DNA of 64,000 nucleotides from Mobula hypostoma (GCF_963921235.1 NC_086097.1:38008001-38072000), one strand, 5' to 3'. Positions 1 to 13,487 are shown, counted from the first letter of the stretch. Notes: generated by a model not told the origin, from the sequence alone. Made by a program: numbers and translations.

Positions 1-525
1 TGTACTGATGATTTGTGTGTGTTACAGGCACTAGCTTTGATGGTTAGTCTGTCAGATAAAGATTATTTGACTGGACAACACAAGCAATTTTTCTGATTTC
101 TTTTGACTCAAATTTATTGTCCAAATAACCTGTAGGTGATGTTGATGAAGAATTGTGGAATATATATTGGGCAGTTTGCTGTAGCTATAACTGGAGAAAC
201 ATTAATCACTTTGTATTCTCATTTTCATTGTTCTTTGGAATTAAATGTACGTTTCCCCCCTTGCATCCTATTCTAATGGGATATTATAAAGTGTGTTGAT
301 CCTTGAGTTTGCAATAAACTTTCAATGTGGACATTTTTTATTATCAAAAAGGTCTGATGTAGATCCACCTGGTTTATAATTTGTAATCTTCACTTCAGCT
401 ATGGTGTTAAGTCTCCTACATTAAACCAAATTTTAAACAGGAAAAATCATGGACTAATCAGTATTTCAACACAAAAATAATAAAATGAATATTTTTACCA
501 ACTGTCTTTAACTTTTTTTTTCCAG

Positions 526-564
526 CTGGACATCCTTTCCTGAATCAGAATCTAGCTGACATAG
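526..564 (+). CDS. RTN1: Probable 39-nt coding micro-exon of RTN1 (x-GHPFLNQNLADI-E)
   Basis: Acceptor (T)10 ccag|CTG and donor ATAG|gtaatt. Length is a multiple of 3, it is open in phase 1, and it joins in frame to the 26106 exon (G+AA=Glu). No protein homology recognised. Confidence 0.65.
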
Positions 565-1731
565 GTAATTCTTCCATTTACTCTAAAATATGAATGCTGT
601 TTCATAAATGCTTAATTGAGTGCATTGTTTTTACATTAATGAAAGAAACCAAGAAAATGGTCACATATTTGTACATTTATTTGGTAATGAGCAATCATTT
701 GAAAGTTTGCCCTTGACAATGTGAGCCCATGTTCAGGGGAATATCAATTATGTATGTGTAACTCAGTAATTATTTTTGCAAATATTTGTATTGTGTAACC
801 TGAGTTGCACAGCATCATACTGCCTGTGTGGAACTATTGCTAAAGTAATGATAACATCTAAATTGAGTTAATTCATTTCAGATTCTTTTTAAAACAACGT
901 GTTAATTTACCATTTATTTTCTCTGAAGTAAGTTTTTGTGCATTTGTTTTTCTAAGCCAAAGTAAATTTTGGAATTTAATGAAAAAAAGTTTTGGAAATT
1001 TTGCCTTCAGTCTTGCAATCACTGGAAGAAAACTGCTGATTACAATTGTAGTATACAGATTGTGCAGGACACATTGTTTTCTGGTTGGATGTTTCAGTGG
1101 GGACCAGTTTAAGCTTACCTGTACCAGCTAAAGGGAAGATTTGTTGTTGAAGCAGGTGCTGGTAGATGTACTATAACAAAAGCTAACTTGTGAAATTGTG
1201 AAGCATGCCGCACATCAAGCTGGCTCCATTTTTGGACATGGCACTAAATACCTTGGCAAAGGCAGGAGAGGAGATAGCCTGAATTTGTAGAGACCTGAAG
1301 GCTCTCCAGCCCGATGATCAGAAACCAGTATTGTGTAGTCCTAGAACTCAATGCCAAGAGTCTAGACCTGAGCACCTGAATGCAATGGAATGTGTTGAAT
1401 GCCATGTACTACCAGTGACTTCAATCATGCTGTACTTCCTACATGCACACCAGCCAAATATTTCTGTCAAGACTAGCATGGATAGACCTCATGTCAACAT
1501 CTGAGTTGTCATTCATTGGCAGTTATTTAACTATGATCTGCATAACCTAAAAAGATTGCTTAGACCTAACTGGCATCTTTCTACCTTGTGGAGTCAGGTT
1601 GGATAACTCTGAATACAAAGGTGGTAGCTAGAGAGGATGGGCCTTCTACACCACTAAAATATTTTAAAGGAGACATCAGTGGATTCTTGTGCCGAAGCTG
1701 TGACACTGAAGCGGCTGAGAACATGGTAAAA

Positions 1732-2297
1732 TCATAGACATAGGAGCAGAAATAGGCCAATCTGCCTGTCAGGTCTGCTCTGTCTTTTAATCATGGCTGA
1801 TTTGTTATCCCTCTCAACCCCATTCTCCTGCCTTCTCCCTGTAACCTTCTGATGCCTTTACTAATCAAACATCTATCAGCCTGGGCTTTAAATATACCCA
1901 ATGGTTGGCCTCCACAGCCATTTGTGGCAATGAATTCCACAGATTCACCACCCTCTGGTTTTTTTTTAAAAAAAAAAGATCTTTCCCCTTTCTGGTCTAA
2001 AGGGATATTCTGTATTCCAAGGCTGTGCCCTCTGGTCCTAGACTGTCACACTATTGGAAACATCCTCTTTATGTCCAGTCTATCCAGGTCTTTCAATATT
2101 CGGTAGGTTTCAATGAGATGCCCCTCATTCTTCAAAACTCCAGTGAGTATAGGTCCAGGGTCATCAAATGCTCCTTGTATGATGACACTTTCATTTCTGG
2201 GATCATTCTTGGAAACCTTTGGATCCTCTCCAGTGCCAGGATATGGAGCCCAAAACTTCTCATAATACTCCAAATGTGGGCTGACCAATGCCTTATG
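1732..2297 (-). mobile_element. CR1 LINE 3' fragment
   Basis: Minus-strand decayed ORF2 C-terminus (PHLEYY..FWAPY, LIETYRILKDLDRLD) and CR1-type 3' UTR shared with other copies in the window. Confidence 0.85.
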
Positions 2298-2675
2298 TGG
2301 AAGCTAATTTCCCTGCCCCCCCATGTGTCTGGTATTCCTCATAGCCACAAACTACACTGGAGATAGACTCAGCATGCACCTCTGAAATCTATTCCTTGCA
2401 TCACTAACTTGTATATTTTTTTCCCATTTCAGATGTACAAGAAATGCAGTCTGTTGGTAGGTCAGGAACCGCAGGAATAACGATGCAATTACAGCTTCTC
2501 TCACTATTGAATTTGGAGGCCCCAGCTCAGATACTGGCTTTGCATTTTTAAGAGGATAATGTAGAGGAAGGATCTGAGGCATGGCGCGCAAGTGGCCTAC
2601 AGACAGGGAAGGAGCAAAGGGTAATCCAGATGGAATCTTATTGGAGGTCAAAATCAAACCTGATTTCTGCTGTTG

Positions 2676-3378
2676 TCGTGGTGGCTATCCCTCGAGGTCA
2701 AGAATGATTGTCTTCGTTCTGTTGATCTACTTATGGGCTCCCAAGTGGCTTATGAGTCCAATCTTGGCTTTGAAAGTTCTTCCGCATTCAGGACAGGTAG
2801 TTCCAGATGGCAGATCAGGCTTTGGTTGTTGCTGCCTCTCTTTCTATTTTCTTCTCTTTTCTTCTAATTCTGCACATCTGTTGGCTTGGAAAGTTGCTGT
2901 TCCTTCTCGGTTGATGGCTTGCTGGAGTTTCCTGTCCTTGGCATTGGTTTCCCAATTGTTGATGTCGATGTTACATTTCTTCATGTTGGCTTTTAAGACG
3001 TCTTTGAATCTCTTCTGTTGTCCGCTTCTTTTATGTTTGCCTTCTTTAAGCTGGGTGTAGAAGATTTGTTTTGGCAGACGTTCGTCTTTCATCCGAACAA
3101 GTTGACCGCTCCATCTTAGTTGGTTCTTGATGACGTAGGCTTCAATGCTTGTTGTTTTTGCCTCATTTAGCACACTGACGTTGGTTCTTCTATCTTCCCA
3201 GCTGATATTTAAGATGTTTTGAAGACAGTGTTGATGGAACTTTTCAAGTGCCTTCAGTTGTCGTTGGTATGTTGTCCAGGTTTCTGATGCATACAGGAGC
3301 GTTGGAATTACCACTGCTTTGTACACTAACATTTTGGTGTCTGTTTGGATGTCATGATCATGAAAGACTCTTAGATCT
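2676..3378 (-). mobile_element. RTE-clade LINE 3' fragment
   Basis: ORF 2844-3458: TKMLVYKAVVIPTLLYASETWT, LRWSGQLVRM..RLPKQIFY, RFKDVLK. Followed by a C2H2-like CPECGRTF..GLISH..H segment and a short 3' UTR. Confidence 0.85.
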
Positions 3379-3403
3379 TGAGGGCATGTGAAGTATGACT
3401 GTA

Positions 3404-3742
3404 GCGGTAACACAGCTAGTAAATGTAATGCCTTGCAGTTCCAAAGACCTGGGTTCAACCTGACTTCGGATACTGTCTGTATGGATTTCCCTGTAACTGT
3501 ATGGGTCTAGTTACACTGGTTTCCTCCCACATTCCAAAGACCTGTGGATTGGTAGGTTAACTGACCTCTATAAATTGTCCCTACCTTGTAGGTCAGTGGT
3601 AGAATCAGGGTGGGGGTAGGGGTGGAATTTGATGACAAGGTGGGAAGAAAGACTGGGATTAATGCAGGATTAGTGTGAGTGAATTGGTGGTGTCCAGTTT
3701 GGACACACTGGGCCAAGGGCTTATTTCCATGCTGTATTTCAT
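3404..3742 (+). mobile_element. tRNA-derived V-SINE (HE1-like)
   Basis: B-box-like gacctgggttcaacc, V-domain ggtttcctcccacattccaaagac..taaattgtccct, and CR1-derived tail gggccaagggc..tttccatgctgtat. Confidence 0.75.
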
Positions 3743-4199
3743 CATGATTGTAAAAGTGGCAAAGAAACAGAATGAAATGCTTGGTGTATAAGGAAGTCTG
3801 TCAGGAAGTTGGGGAGCTAGAAGCAACATGACATCAGCTTGGCACAGATCCTTACACAGATCTAATACCACTTCCTTCCTTGTTGCAGCCAGCTCTGCTA
3901 AGGCTCACTTGGACCTCACTCACTTGCAGCCTGTGGCTGATGTAATGATATCAGAGAATAAGCAGAAGCTCTGTACCATCTGGCAAGATACTGGAAACAC
4001 TGACTGTTGCCATCGTTGCTATTGATTACAGTGTGAAAGTGAGCTAATAGGTTATCAGGAGTCCTGTGGCCGTGCCTTGGGGAGAGGTAATGACACAACT
4101 GAGCACACACTGATCATCCTCTTTCAGGAAGGCAGCATTCATTCTTCCAAATTAAAAAAAAATGGAAGTATTCAGTGGGTCAGGTAGCATCTTTGAAAA

Positions 4200-4675
4200 G
4201 TTCAACCAAGTTTATTATCAAAGTATGCATATGTCACCATTTACTAGCTTGAGATTAATTTTCTTGCAGGCAATCACAGTAGTCAGAGATACAACATAAT
4301 CAATGAAAAACTACCTGCAAACAAAGACCAACAAACAGCCAATATGCAAAAGAAGACGAGCTGTACAAACACTAAAAATAATAATAAATAAATAACACAG
4401 ACAACATGAGTTATAGAGTTCTTGAAAGCAAGTCCTTAAGTTGTGGAATCAGTTCAGAGTTGAGGTTATTTGCACTAGTTCAAGACCCTGATGATTGAAG
4501 GGTAATAACTCTTCCTGAACTTGGTGGCATGGGACCTAAGGCTCCTGTACCTCCTTCCTGATGGCAGCAGTGAGGAGAGAGTATGGCCTGGATGGTGGAA
4601 ATCCGTGATGCTTTTTTATGGCAGCACTCCTTGTAGATGTGCTCAGTGGAAGGGAAGGCTTTTCCTGTGATGATC
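4200..4675 (-). mobile_element. Rex1/Babar-like LINE 3' fragment
   Basis: Resembles the 3' ends at 58655-59835 and 61610-62255 (cttcctgaacttggtgg..ctcctgtacctccttcctgatggcag). Confidence 0.6.
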
Positions 4676-6153
4676 TTTGGAGAGAGTTGATGTTTCAGGT
4701 CAATGTCCTTTCATTAGCATAAAACAAACTGCTGAAGAAACTCAGGTGAAGCACTATTTTGTAAGGGGTGATTATTTCAGATGAGACATGACATCAGCAT
4801 ATCCTGATGCAGGATCTCAACCCAATCATTACCCATCCCTTTTGTCTCCACAAATGCTGTTTGAAACACTGAGTTCTAGCAGTAGTATTGTTCCAGATAC
4901 CCACATTTGCAGTCTGTGTCTCTGACATTTCATTTTTGCTTTACTATTAATTGTTACTCCTGACATGGCAGCCAACTCAGATTGGTGTCATCAATGCCTG
5001 GGTGGCGCAGAATGGAGCTTAGCTTTCTATAACCAGGTTCTCAAATAATCTCTCCAGAGATATCTCTAGTTTTTCCAAGATAAACTACTTTCCACATACC
5101 ATTTTACAGCCAATGAGATAGGAAGTCTGTGAAGCATTAGGACAAGAAAATGATGACACATACTAACGAAATGGAGTAACCAACTGACTTTGGTACGAAC
5201 TAGGACGTCATCATTAAATTGGTTTCTATTGTGTTTCATTTTTGTTTTGCAGCCAAGCAACCGGGTATATCTTAGTGATGAAATTGTGTTGTGTTTATCA
5301 ATTCTCCAAACGTTTTGATGCCCACAAAGTAATTATTATTGTATGGCCCCTCCAGTGTCACAGATACAAGTGTCACTTCAATGCACAGTCTTTCCTGCAA
5401 TATTTCATTTGGCAGCGTGACTTTTTTTCTGTCCAGTGCCAACATGTTAACCAGCGTCATCAACCCTGTCATTAATCTCTCGCCTTTGTCACCCAGTAGC
5501 CACTGTTTTGCTTGTCATCCAAATTTAAAAAAACAGCTGATATTGTGGATTGCTACAGAATGGGTACAGTCAGAATACCCAGCCATTCATATACATTATG
5601 CAAAAGGTGGAGCAGGAAAAGGAGTGTATCTGTTTTAACTTGGCATCAGGCTTCTGCTCTTTTACAGAACCTTGCATGTGATAGGGGACAAAGTTTGCTG
5701 TGATACCACCTTACTGCTCAACGATCCAGGACAGCCTCATCGACCAGCTGCTTCTGAATTCAAGCAAATGTCTAACTTTCCAATTTAAACAAGACAGAAA
5801 AGCATTTCTCCATGTCTTGTGCTGTTGTAACCAGTGAGCTGTGGCTCACCTTGGCTTTTATTTTTGACCTGCACTGCACTTTCTCTGTAGCTATTACACA
5901 TTATTCTTTCTGTATGTTGTTATTGTTTTACCTTGTACTGCGTCGGTGTACTGTGTAGTGAATTGATTTGTAATGACAGTATACAAGACAAGTTTTTCAC
6001 TGTACCTTGGTACATGTGACAATAATAGGCCAATTACAATTGAGTTTACTGGCACCAACTGTTACTTACTTGTGACTTTAATGAAATAGTGCAGTTTACA
6101 ACAAAGAAATCCAATATGCCTGTGCTAAGAGAAAAAGTTCTTTAGTAATCCTT

Positions 6154-7035
6154 AGGAATTGGAGATGGGGAGCGGATAGTGCCAGCATATAAATTATTCT
6201 AACATGCGATGGCTAAAAACACTCCAGCTCCAGCTCACGCTCGCTCACCGATGGAAATACACAAAGACAGCATTGGCTTGTATCTTTTCAAGGAGAAAAA
6301 CTTTTTCTAAATGGCTGAGTTAATGGAAGTAAACTTTTTACATTCTTCAAGAGCTCAAAACTATTGATTTTCCATTTACAATCTAGTAGACCCTAGAATG
6401 ACTATTAAATTACGTATTGTTGTTGTCAGACTCCTATCAAAAAGTTATTGCAAATAAAGCTTGAGCTTCTATTGTGTAATAATTCAGAATGATTTAGAAA
6501 TACAATTTGGTATTGTCTGCCTTTGGATTGCAATAACTTCCAAATGTCAAATACCGGTATATGCGCATTATTGGAGGTAGAAGACCATCACTTTAGCTGA
6601 AGGTAGTCGATCATTTTTTTCTTGTTGTGATGTTACTGCAAGTAAAAACATTTTCTTTCTCAAAGTCCTTTACATTCTATGTCTTTTGGTATTCTCTTTC
6701 AGAGGATGGAGTCACAAACTCAATTTTAGGCATCCATTCAATTCTGGTAGATCTTATAAAGTCTTTCTCCAGTATTCTTAAACTTTTGGTAACAGTACTC
6801 TGGGTATTGCATCCAAGTTACCAATTAAAAGGAGAGAAGCAATATATTGTTCTGTTTCTACCTGCAACACAGAGTTTCCACTCTGATTATATACAGTGCT
6901 GGTTGGCTTTTAGCTAATGTTTTGTTTACCTAACATCCTATTTGTGTGATCCCACATTTTCCTGTATGGTTTTCAAAACATTTTGAAAAATTTAACTGCA
7001 TTCCAAGGAAAAAAAGATTTTGACTTAACATTGAA
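6154..7035. repeat. Left arm of long diverged inverted repeat (partner 13488-14395)
   Basis: Colinear reverse-complement similarity throughout, e.g. acaaagacagcattggc / gccaatgctgtctttgt. The ORF track shows matching peptides (LSEDGVTNSIL) on opposite strands. Confidence 0.92.
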
Positions 7036-7199
7036 TGTTGAATAAATATGATTTGGTATTGCCCTAAATCCTGGTAAACATGAAACTGAATGTAATCATC
7101 TATTGAATTGCTTCTATTGTCTGAGGCCATCAATACACTGTGATGCATCATAACTTTTCAGTGTTAAATTGGTTAATACTAGCAAATTGGTGAAATTGA

Positions 7200-8260
7200 A
7201 TTGCATGCAATTCCAGGGCAGCCTCTGTGGAGGCAAAGAGATGATCAGTGTTTTGGGTGGAGATCCTGCATGAGGACTGAGAGTTTAGGGGGGAGGTAGT
7301 CAGAATAAAGAGATGAGAGGGAGGAGTGAGGCAGTGTCTCACATACAGTAAGTAGAGCCAGGTGAGGAAGGAGATTATAGGCAGCTGGAGCTAGGTGGGT
7401 GTGGTGGTGGAGGCAGGCTGGAAGGTCATAAGTAGAAACATTGGGTTGCAGTTGCCAGATTCTTATAAGGAAGGTGATCTGGAGCCCGATAAGTGAGGAA
7501 CATTGAATAGGTAAACTAGCTGAAGAAGCGTATAGGAGAACCAGTAAATCGTGTTTAGATGATAGGCAGAACGTTGGGGAAGGTGTAATGAAACTAGATG
7601 ACATAGTTGGGCAGTGGGGTGGTGGAGGATAATAGGAGAGAAAAGACCACGGGTTACTAGAAAATTGAGAACTTACTGTTCACTTCTTTGTATTTCTAGC
7701 CTACCCAGTCAGTGGTGCTGTTCTTCTAGCTTGCATTCGTGTCCCTGAACTCAATTCCTTCTTAAAGTATTTTGGGAGTACTTTTTCCAGCACACTACCT
7801 CTTCAAAGCCAAAGAGGCATGAGTAAGCAATGCTGTCTGCAACTACACTTGATTCTCATGATGTGGTCTCTTACAAACATGGAAATCGAAGCTCGGATGG
7901 GGAGATCCTGAGTTTTCAGGCGCATGTCACTTAATTCTCCATCCTGCTTCAGCTCTGTCTGTTTTTTTAAGATGGAATTGCAATAAAGCTTAAAGTAAAC
8001 TTCAGTGACTTAGGACTTTACCGTTCTCAACATTGAGTTCAATAGTTTTACATCATCATTCGTTTCTGCCTTGTATCCCATACCTACAGCATTTTTATAT
8101 TAACCTCCTGAGTTATTTCAGATTTTATTTGCCTCTTCCATCCATGCCTATTTATTGATTAGCTTTCAACTCTCATGTACCCATGAAATCCAACTGCTTC
8201 TCTCACCACAGATGGTAGGTGCTGCCTGATTCACTGAGTATTTCCAATATTTTCCTTTTT
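7200..8260. mobile_element. Highly decayed Penelope-like fragments (minus, then plus)
   Basis: Purine-rich pLTR-like tract followed by GIY-YIG-like remnants (tgtcacttaattctccatcc, ctcaacattgagttcaatagttt) and tail gctgcctgattcactgagtatttcca. Confidence 0.5.
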
Positions 8261-10198
8261 TTTAAGTTCACAAACATATTGACCTTAAACAGCTATCATT
8301 AAATGTTTGGTGCAAATTGTTCCTATTACCCATTTACAAGCACCATCTCTATCAATGGGTACATAGCATTTAATTTGTTTTGCGTCGCTCACTTGGTTTA
8401 ATCCTTGCATCCACTACACACGTGGCAGCTCTTCCATTGGCATGGCCACAACAGTCAAGCCTTGCTGGCAGATTGACCTCTTCTGTGCATGACATGATGG
8501 CACATAATGGCAAGTTGGAGGAGATTACATATTTAAACCCTAGGGACAAGTGTTTATGCTTTATTTGGAAAGTGTCCTTGAAGCTATAGCTAGTGGTGGT
8601 GGTAAAGAGATGATGAGATATTTCTATATTCTGTCTTGTTCCTCTATCCCATGCATCACTGAAGCCATGATTCAAAAATCCTACTCACATCAGCACAACC
8701 CAATTCTTTTTCATATTAATATTCAAAAACTGAAAAGACACGATCGCCCACCCTTGCATTCAGTTGCCAGCTCAGAGAAAAAGATATTGAATGTACTTTA
8801 TAGCTTATCTTTAAACTGAGATACAGGAGCAGGGAGATTGAGAGAACCTCAGATCATGAGAGAGTGAGATCATACACTTCTGCTGCCACAGAGAAACATC
8901 CTTCCTGTAACAAGGTGACTGGACTTGAACACAGGGTTATGGGAAGACGACAGAAGAATGATGCTGAGAAAAGAAACATTTATGATTGAATGGCAAAGCA
9001 GACTCAATGGGTCAATTCAATTGCAGGCCGACACTTCTCTCGCTCTCTCTCCCCCCCCCCCCCCATTCAATAACAACTCTGATACAAGAAAGAAAATTAA
9101 TTGGACCTGAAGACAGTAGGGTTTAATCTTTATTTTCAAGTATACTTCCTTATTTATATGTGAAGGAAAGCTGCCATCAAAGACCTATCTTTTATGCTAC
9201 AGTGTGTCATTTTTCGAAGGATTGAGCCAGCATTGCCCCCTAATCATTAACCCTTTAAAGACAGTCTTTCTTTTTAAAAAAAAGGGTCATCATGGACTTC
9301 CTCTGAACTAACAGAAGTTAATCCTACATTTAAAAAGCACTGCCACACATTTTGTGGGAAGGATTTATCATCTAAAAAATGTTAACAGGATTACAGTAAT
9401 GCTAGTACAGTTGCTAGCCCTGTATTTGTTGACATACCAAATCTTTTCAAACTCCTAATGAAGTATAGCCGCTATCTTGCCTTCTTTATAACTGCATTGA
9501 AATGTTGGGACCAGGTTAGGTCTTTGGAGATCTTGACACCCAGGAACTTGAAACTGCTCACTCTCTCCACTTCTGATCCTTCTATGAGGATTGGTATGTG
9601 TTCCTTCATCTTGCCCTTCCTGAAGTCCACAATCAGCTCTTTCGTCTTACTGACTTTGAGTGCCAGGTTGTTGCTGCGACACCACTCCACTAATTGGTAT
9701 ATGTCGCTCCTGTACGTCCTCTCATCTCCATCTGAGATTCTACCAACAATGGCCGTATCATTAGGAAACTTATAGATGGTATTTGAGCAATGCCTAGCCA
9801 CACAGTCATGGGTAGAGAGGGAGTAGAACAGTGGGCTAAGCACACACACTGAGGTGCATCGATTGTCAGCGAGGAGGAGATATTATCACCAATCTGCACA
9901 AATTGTGGTCTTCTGGTTAGGAAGTCAAGGATCCAATTGCAGTGGGAGGTACAGAGGCCCAGGTTCTGTAACTTCTCAATCAGGATTGTGGGAATGATGG
10001 TGTTAAATGCTGAGGGATGGTCAATAAACAGCTTCCTGACGTAGGTGTTTGTATTGTCCAGGTGGTCTTAGACCATATGAAGAGCCATTGAGATTGTGTC
10101 TGCTGTTGACCTTTTGTGGCGATAGGCAAATTGCAGTGGGTCCAGGTCCTTGCTGAGGCAAAAGTTCAGTCTTGTCATGACCAGCCTGTCAAAGTATT

Positions 10199-11556
10199 TA
10201 GTCATAGTCATACTTTATTAATCCTGGGGGAAATTGGTTTTCGTTACAGTTGTTTCATAAATAATAAAAATAGAACCATAAATAGTTAAATAGTAATATG
10301 TAAATTATGAAATAAGTCCAGGACTATTGGCTCAGGATGTCTGACCCTTCAAGGGAGGAGTTGTAAAGTTTGGTGGCCACAGGCAGGAATGACTTCATAT
10401 GACACTCAGTGCTGCATCTCGGTGGAATGAGTCTCTGGCTGAATGTACTCCTGTGCCCACCCAGTACATTATGTAGTGGATGGGAGACATTGACCAAGAT
10501 GGCATGCAACTTAGACAGCATCCTCTTTTCAGACACCACCGTGAGAGAGTCCAGTTCCATCCCCACAACATCACTGGCCTTACGAATGAGTTTGTTGATT
10601 CTGTTGGTGTCTGCCACCCTCAGCCTGCTGTCCCAGCACACAACAGCAAACATGATGGCACTGGCCACCACAGACTCATAGAACATCCTCAGCATCGTTC
10701 GGCAGATGTTAAAGGACCTCAGTCTCCTCAGGAAATAGAGACGGCTCTGACCCTTCTTGTAGACAGCCTCAGTATTCTTTGACCAGTCCAGTTTATTGTC
10801 AATTCATATCCCCAGGTATTGGTAATCCTCCACCATGTCCACACTGATGGAAACAGGGGTCACCGGTACCTTAGCTCTCCTCAGGTCTACCACCAGCTCC
10901 TTAGTCTTTTTCACATTAGGCTGCAGATAATTCTGCTCACACCATGTGACAAAGTTTCCTACCGTAGCCCTGTACTCAGCCTCATCTCCCTTGCTGATGC
11001 ATCCAACTATGGCAGAGTCATCCGAAAACTTCTGAAGATGACAAGACTTTGTGCAGTAGTTGAAGTCCAAGGTGTTAATGGTGAAGAGAAAGGGAGACAA
11101 GACAGTCCCCTGTGGAGCCCCAGTGCTGCTGATCACTCTGTCGGACACACAGTTTTGCAAGCACACGTACTGTGGTCTGCCAGTCAGGTAATCAAGAATC
11201 CATGATACCAGGGAAGCATCCACCTGCATCACTGTCAGCTTCTTCCCCAGCAGAGCAGGGCGGATGGTGTTGAACGCACTGGAGAAGTCAAAAAAACATG
11301 ACCCTCACAGTGCTCGCTGGCTTGTCCAGGTGGGCGTAGACACGGTTCAGCAAGAAGACGATGGCACCCTCAACTCCTAGTCGGGGCTGATAGGCGAACT
11401 GGAGAGGATCTAAGTGTGGCCTGACCGTAGGCCGGAGCAGCTCCAGAACAAGTCTCTCCAGGGTCTTCATGATGTGGGAGGTCAATGCCACCGCTCTGTA
11501 GTCATTGAGGCCGCTGGGGCATGGCGTCTTCCACAATACAGGAGCCCTCCGGATCC
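10199..11556 (-). mobile_element. Rex1 LINE, 5'-truncated young copy 1 (nested)
   Basis: RT motifs LDPLQFAYQP, TGAPQGTVLSPFLF and KFSDDSAIVG. Short tandem tail (agtcatagtcatact on +). Confidence 0.9.
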
Positions 11557-11861
11557 TCACTCACTGTAGATGTGAGTGCTACTGGGCGATAATCATTAAG
11601 GCAACTCACATTATTATTCTTAGGCACTGTATAATTGTTGCCTTTTTGAAGTAAGTTGGAACTTCCATTCATAGCAGTGAGAGGTTGAAAATGTCCTTGA
11701 ATACTCCCACCAGTTGGTTGGCGCAAGTTTTCAGAGCCTTACCAGATGCTCCGTTGGGGCCTACTGCCTTCCGAGGGTTCACCCTCCTGAAAGACTGCTG
11801 ACATCGGCCTCTGAGACAGATCACAGGGTCATCAGGTGCAGCAAGGATCTTTACAGCTGTA

Positions 11862-12240
11862 AACACAACTTACTTCCGGTAATTCCCTCCCCCTCCCTTC
11901 CCCTATTCCTATTTCACTCTGCTCCCTCTCCCAGCTGCCAACTACCTCCCTTGTGGTTCCACCTCCTACTACTACCCATTGTGTTTTCCCCTATTTCTCC
12001 TTCAACTTTCCTGCCTATCACCTCCCTGCTTCCCCTCCCCCACCCTTTATCTTTCCCCTGACTGGTTTTTCACCTGGAACCTACCAGCCTTCTCCTTCCC
12101 ACCCTCCCCCACCTCCTTTATAGGGCCTCTGCCCCTTCCCTCTACAGTCCTGATGAAGGGTTCTGGCCCGAAATGTTGACTGATCGTTTCCACGGATGCT
12201 GCCTGACCTGCTGAGTTCCTCCAGCGTGTTGTGAGTGTTG
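11862..12240 (+). mobile_element. Penelope pseudo-LTR insertion with 13-bp TSD
   Basis: Flanked by ctttacagctgta at 11849-11861 and 12241-12253. Nearly the same sequence as the region following the GIY-YIG ORF at 16312-16690. Confidence 0.85.
12145..12182 (+). ncRNA. Minimal type I hammerhead ribozyme motif
   Basis: cagtc-CTGATGA-a-gggt(tctg)gccc-GAAA-tgtt-gactg: stem I, intact core and stem II, vestigial stem III. Confidence 0.75.
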
Positions 12241-13487
12241 CTTTACAGCTGTAGTTATATTTTCCCTTTCAAAGCGGGCATAGAAGGCATTGAATTCATC
12301 TGGTAGTGAAGCATCGCTGCCATTCATGCTGTTGGGTTTTGCTTTGCAGGAAGTCATGTCTTGTAAACCCTGCCAGAGATGTCGTGCATCCGATGTCGCC
12401 TCCAACCTCGTTTGAAATTGTCTCTTCGCTCTTGAAATGGGTCTCTGCAATTCATACCTGGTTTTCTGGTACAGACCTGGGTCGCCAGACTTGAATGCCA
12501 CAGATCTAGCCTGCAGCAGACAATGTACCTCCTGGTTCATCCACTGCTTTTGATTTGGGAACATACAGCAAGTCTTTGTAGGCCCTTTGAAGTCGGTAAC
12601 AACTGCAGTATACTCACCCAGATTCGAAGATGAATCCCTGAATACGGTCCAGACCCCCGATTCAAAGCAGTTCTGTAAATGCTCCTGTGCCTTCCTTGTC
12701 CATACGTTCTTGGTCCTCACGACTGGTGCTGCAGACTGGTTTTCAGTCTCTGCCTATACTCAGAGAGTAGAAATACAGCTAGGTGATCAGACTTCCTGAA
12801 GTGAGGATGTGGAATAGCACGGTAGGCATTCTTGATGGTGTTATAGCAATGGTCCAGTGTGTTGTTTCTTGTCTGTGTATTGCAAGTGATCTGTTGATGG
12901 TAATGGTTTAGTAATTTTTTTTCAGCCAGGCCTGGTTAAAATCCCCCAAAACGATGGTGAAAGCGATAGGGTGTGCTGTTTCCTGCATGTTGATCCCATT
13001 GCTCAGATCATCTAAAGCCTGATTGACATTGGTCTGAGGTGGAATGTATACACAAAAATCTCCCGTGGTAGGTAAAATGGACAGAACTTAATTGAGAGAA
13101 GATATTCCAGGTCTGGTGAGCAGAATTGGGACAGCACTGTTCTATTTGTGCACCAAGAAGAGCTGATCATGAGGCATACTCCTCCACCTCTGTTTTTGAG
13201 AATCTGTAGATCTATCCTGATGGTGCATAGTAAACCCGTCGATCTGAGTCGCTGCATTGGGTGCGGATTCCGTGAAACATGGTCCTAATGTCCCTCTGAT
13301 TCGGCACTCTAGTTCTGAGATCATCGATTTTATTCACCAGAGACTGCACTTTGCCAACAAGCTGGTCAGTATTAGGAGTCTAAAACCCCATTTCCTTAAA
13401 CGCACTTGGATCACTGACCTACAGCCACGTTTTCTACGTGGAATCCAGCGAGTTGTACATCCACAATTGGCTTTGATTCCATCAGTT

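Larger units (their letters stand above)
9425..13485 (-). mobile_element. Older Rex1/Babar-group LINE (EN+RT, decayed) hosting nested insertions
   Basis: Minus-strand ORF pieces: GGGVCLMISSSWC (endonuclease), FPNQKQWMN, LNDYRPVALTS, and [24 protein letters not shown] (RT). Confidence 0.85.

Noticed and set aside
6627..6917. Paired ORFs (with 13727-13909) as a duplicated membrane-protein gene
   Set aside because: The frames are not maintained between arms, stops occur in all frames, and no domain is recognisable. The similarity is explained by the DNA-level inverted repeat.
8421..8440. ERSE-like CCAAT..CCACG on the minus strand, attractive for an ER-protein gene
   Set aside because: The spacer is 10 nt rather than the required 9, and the site is deep in an intron.
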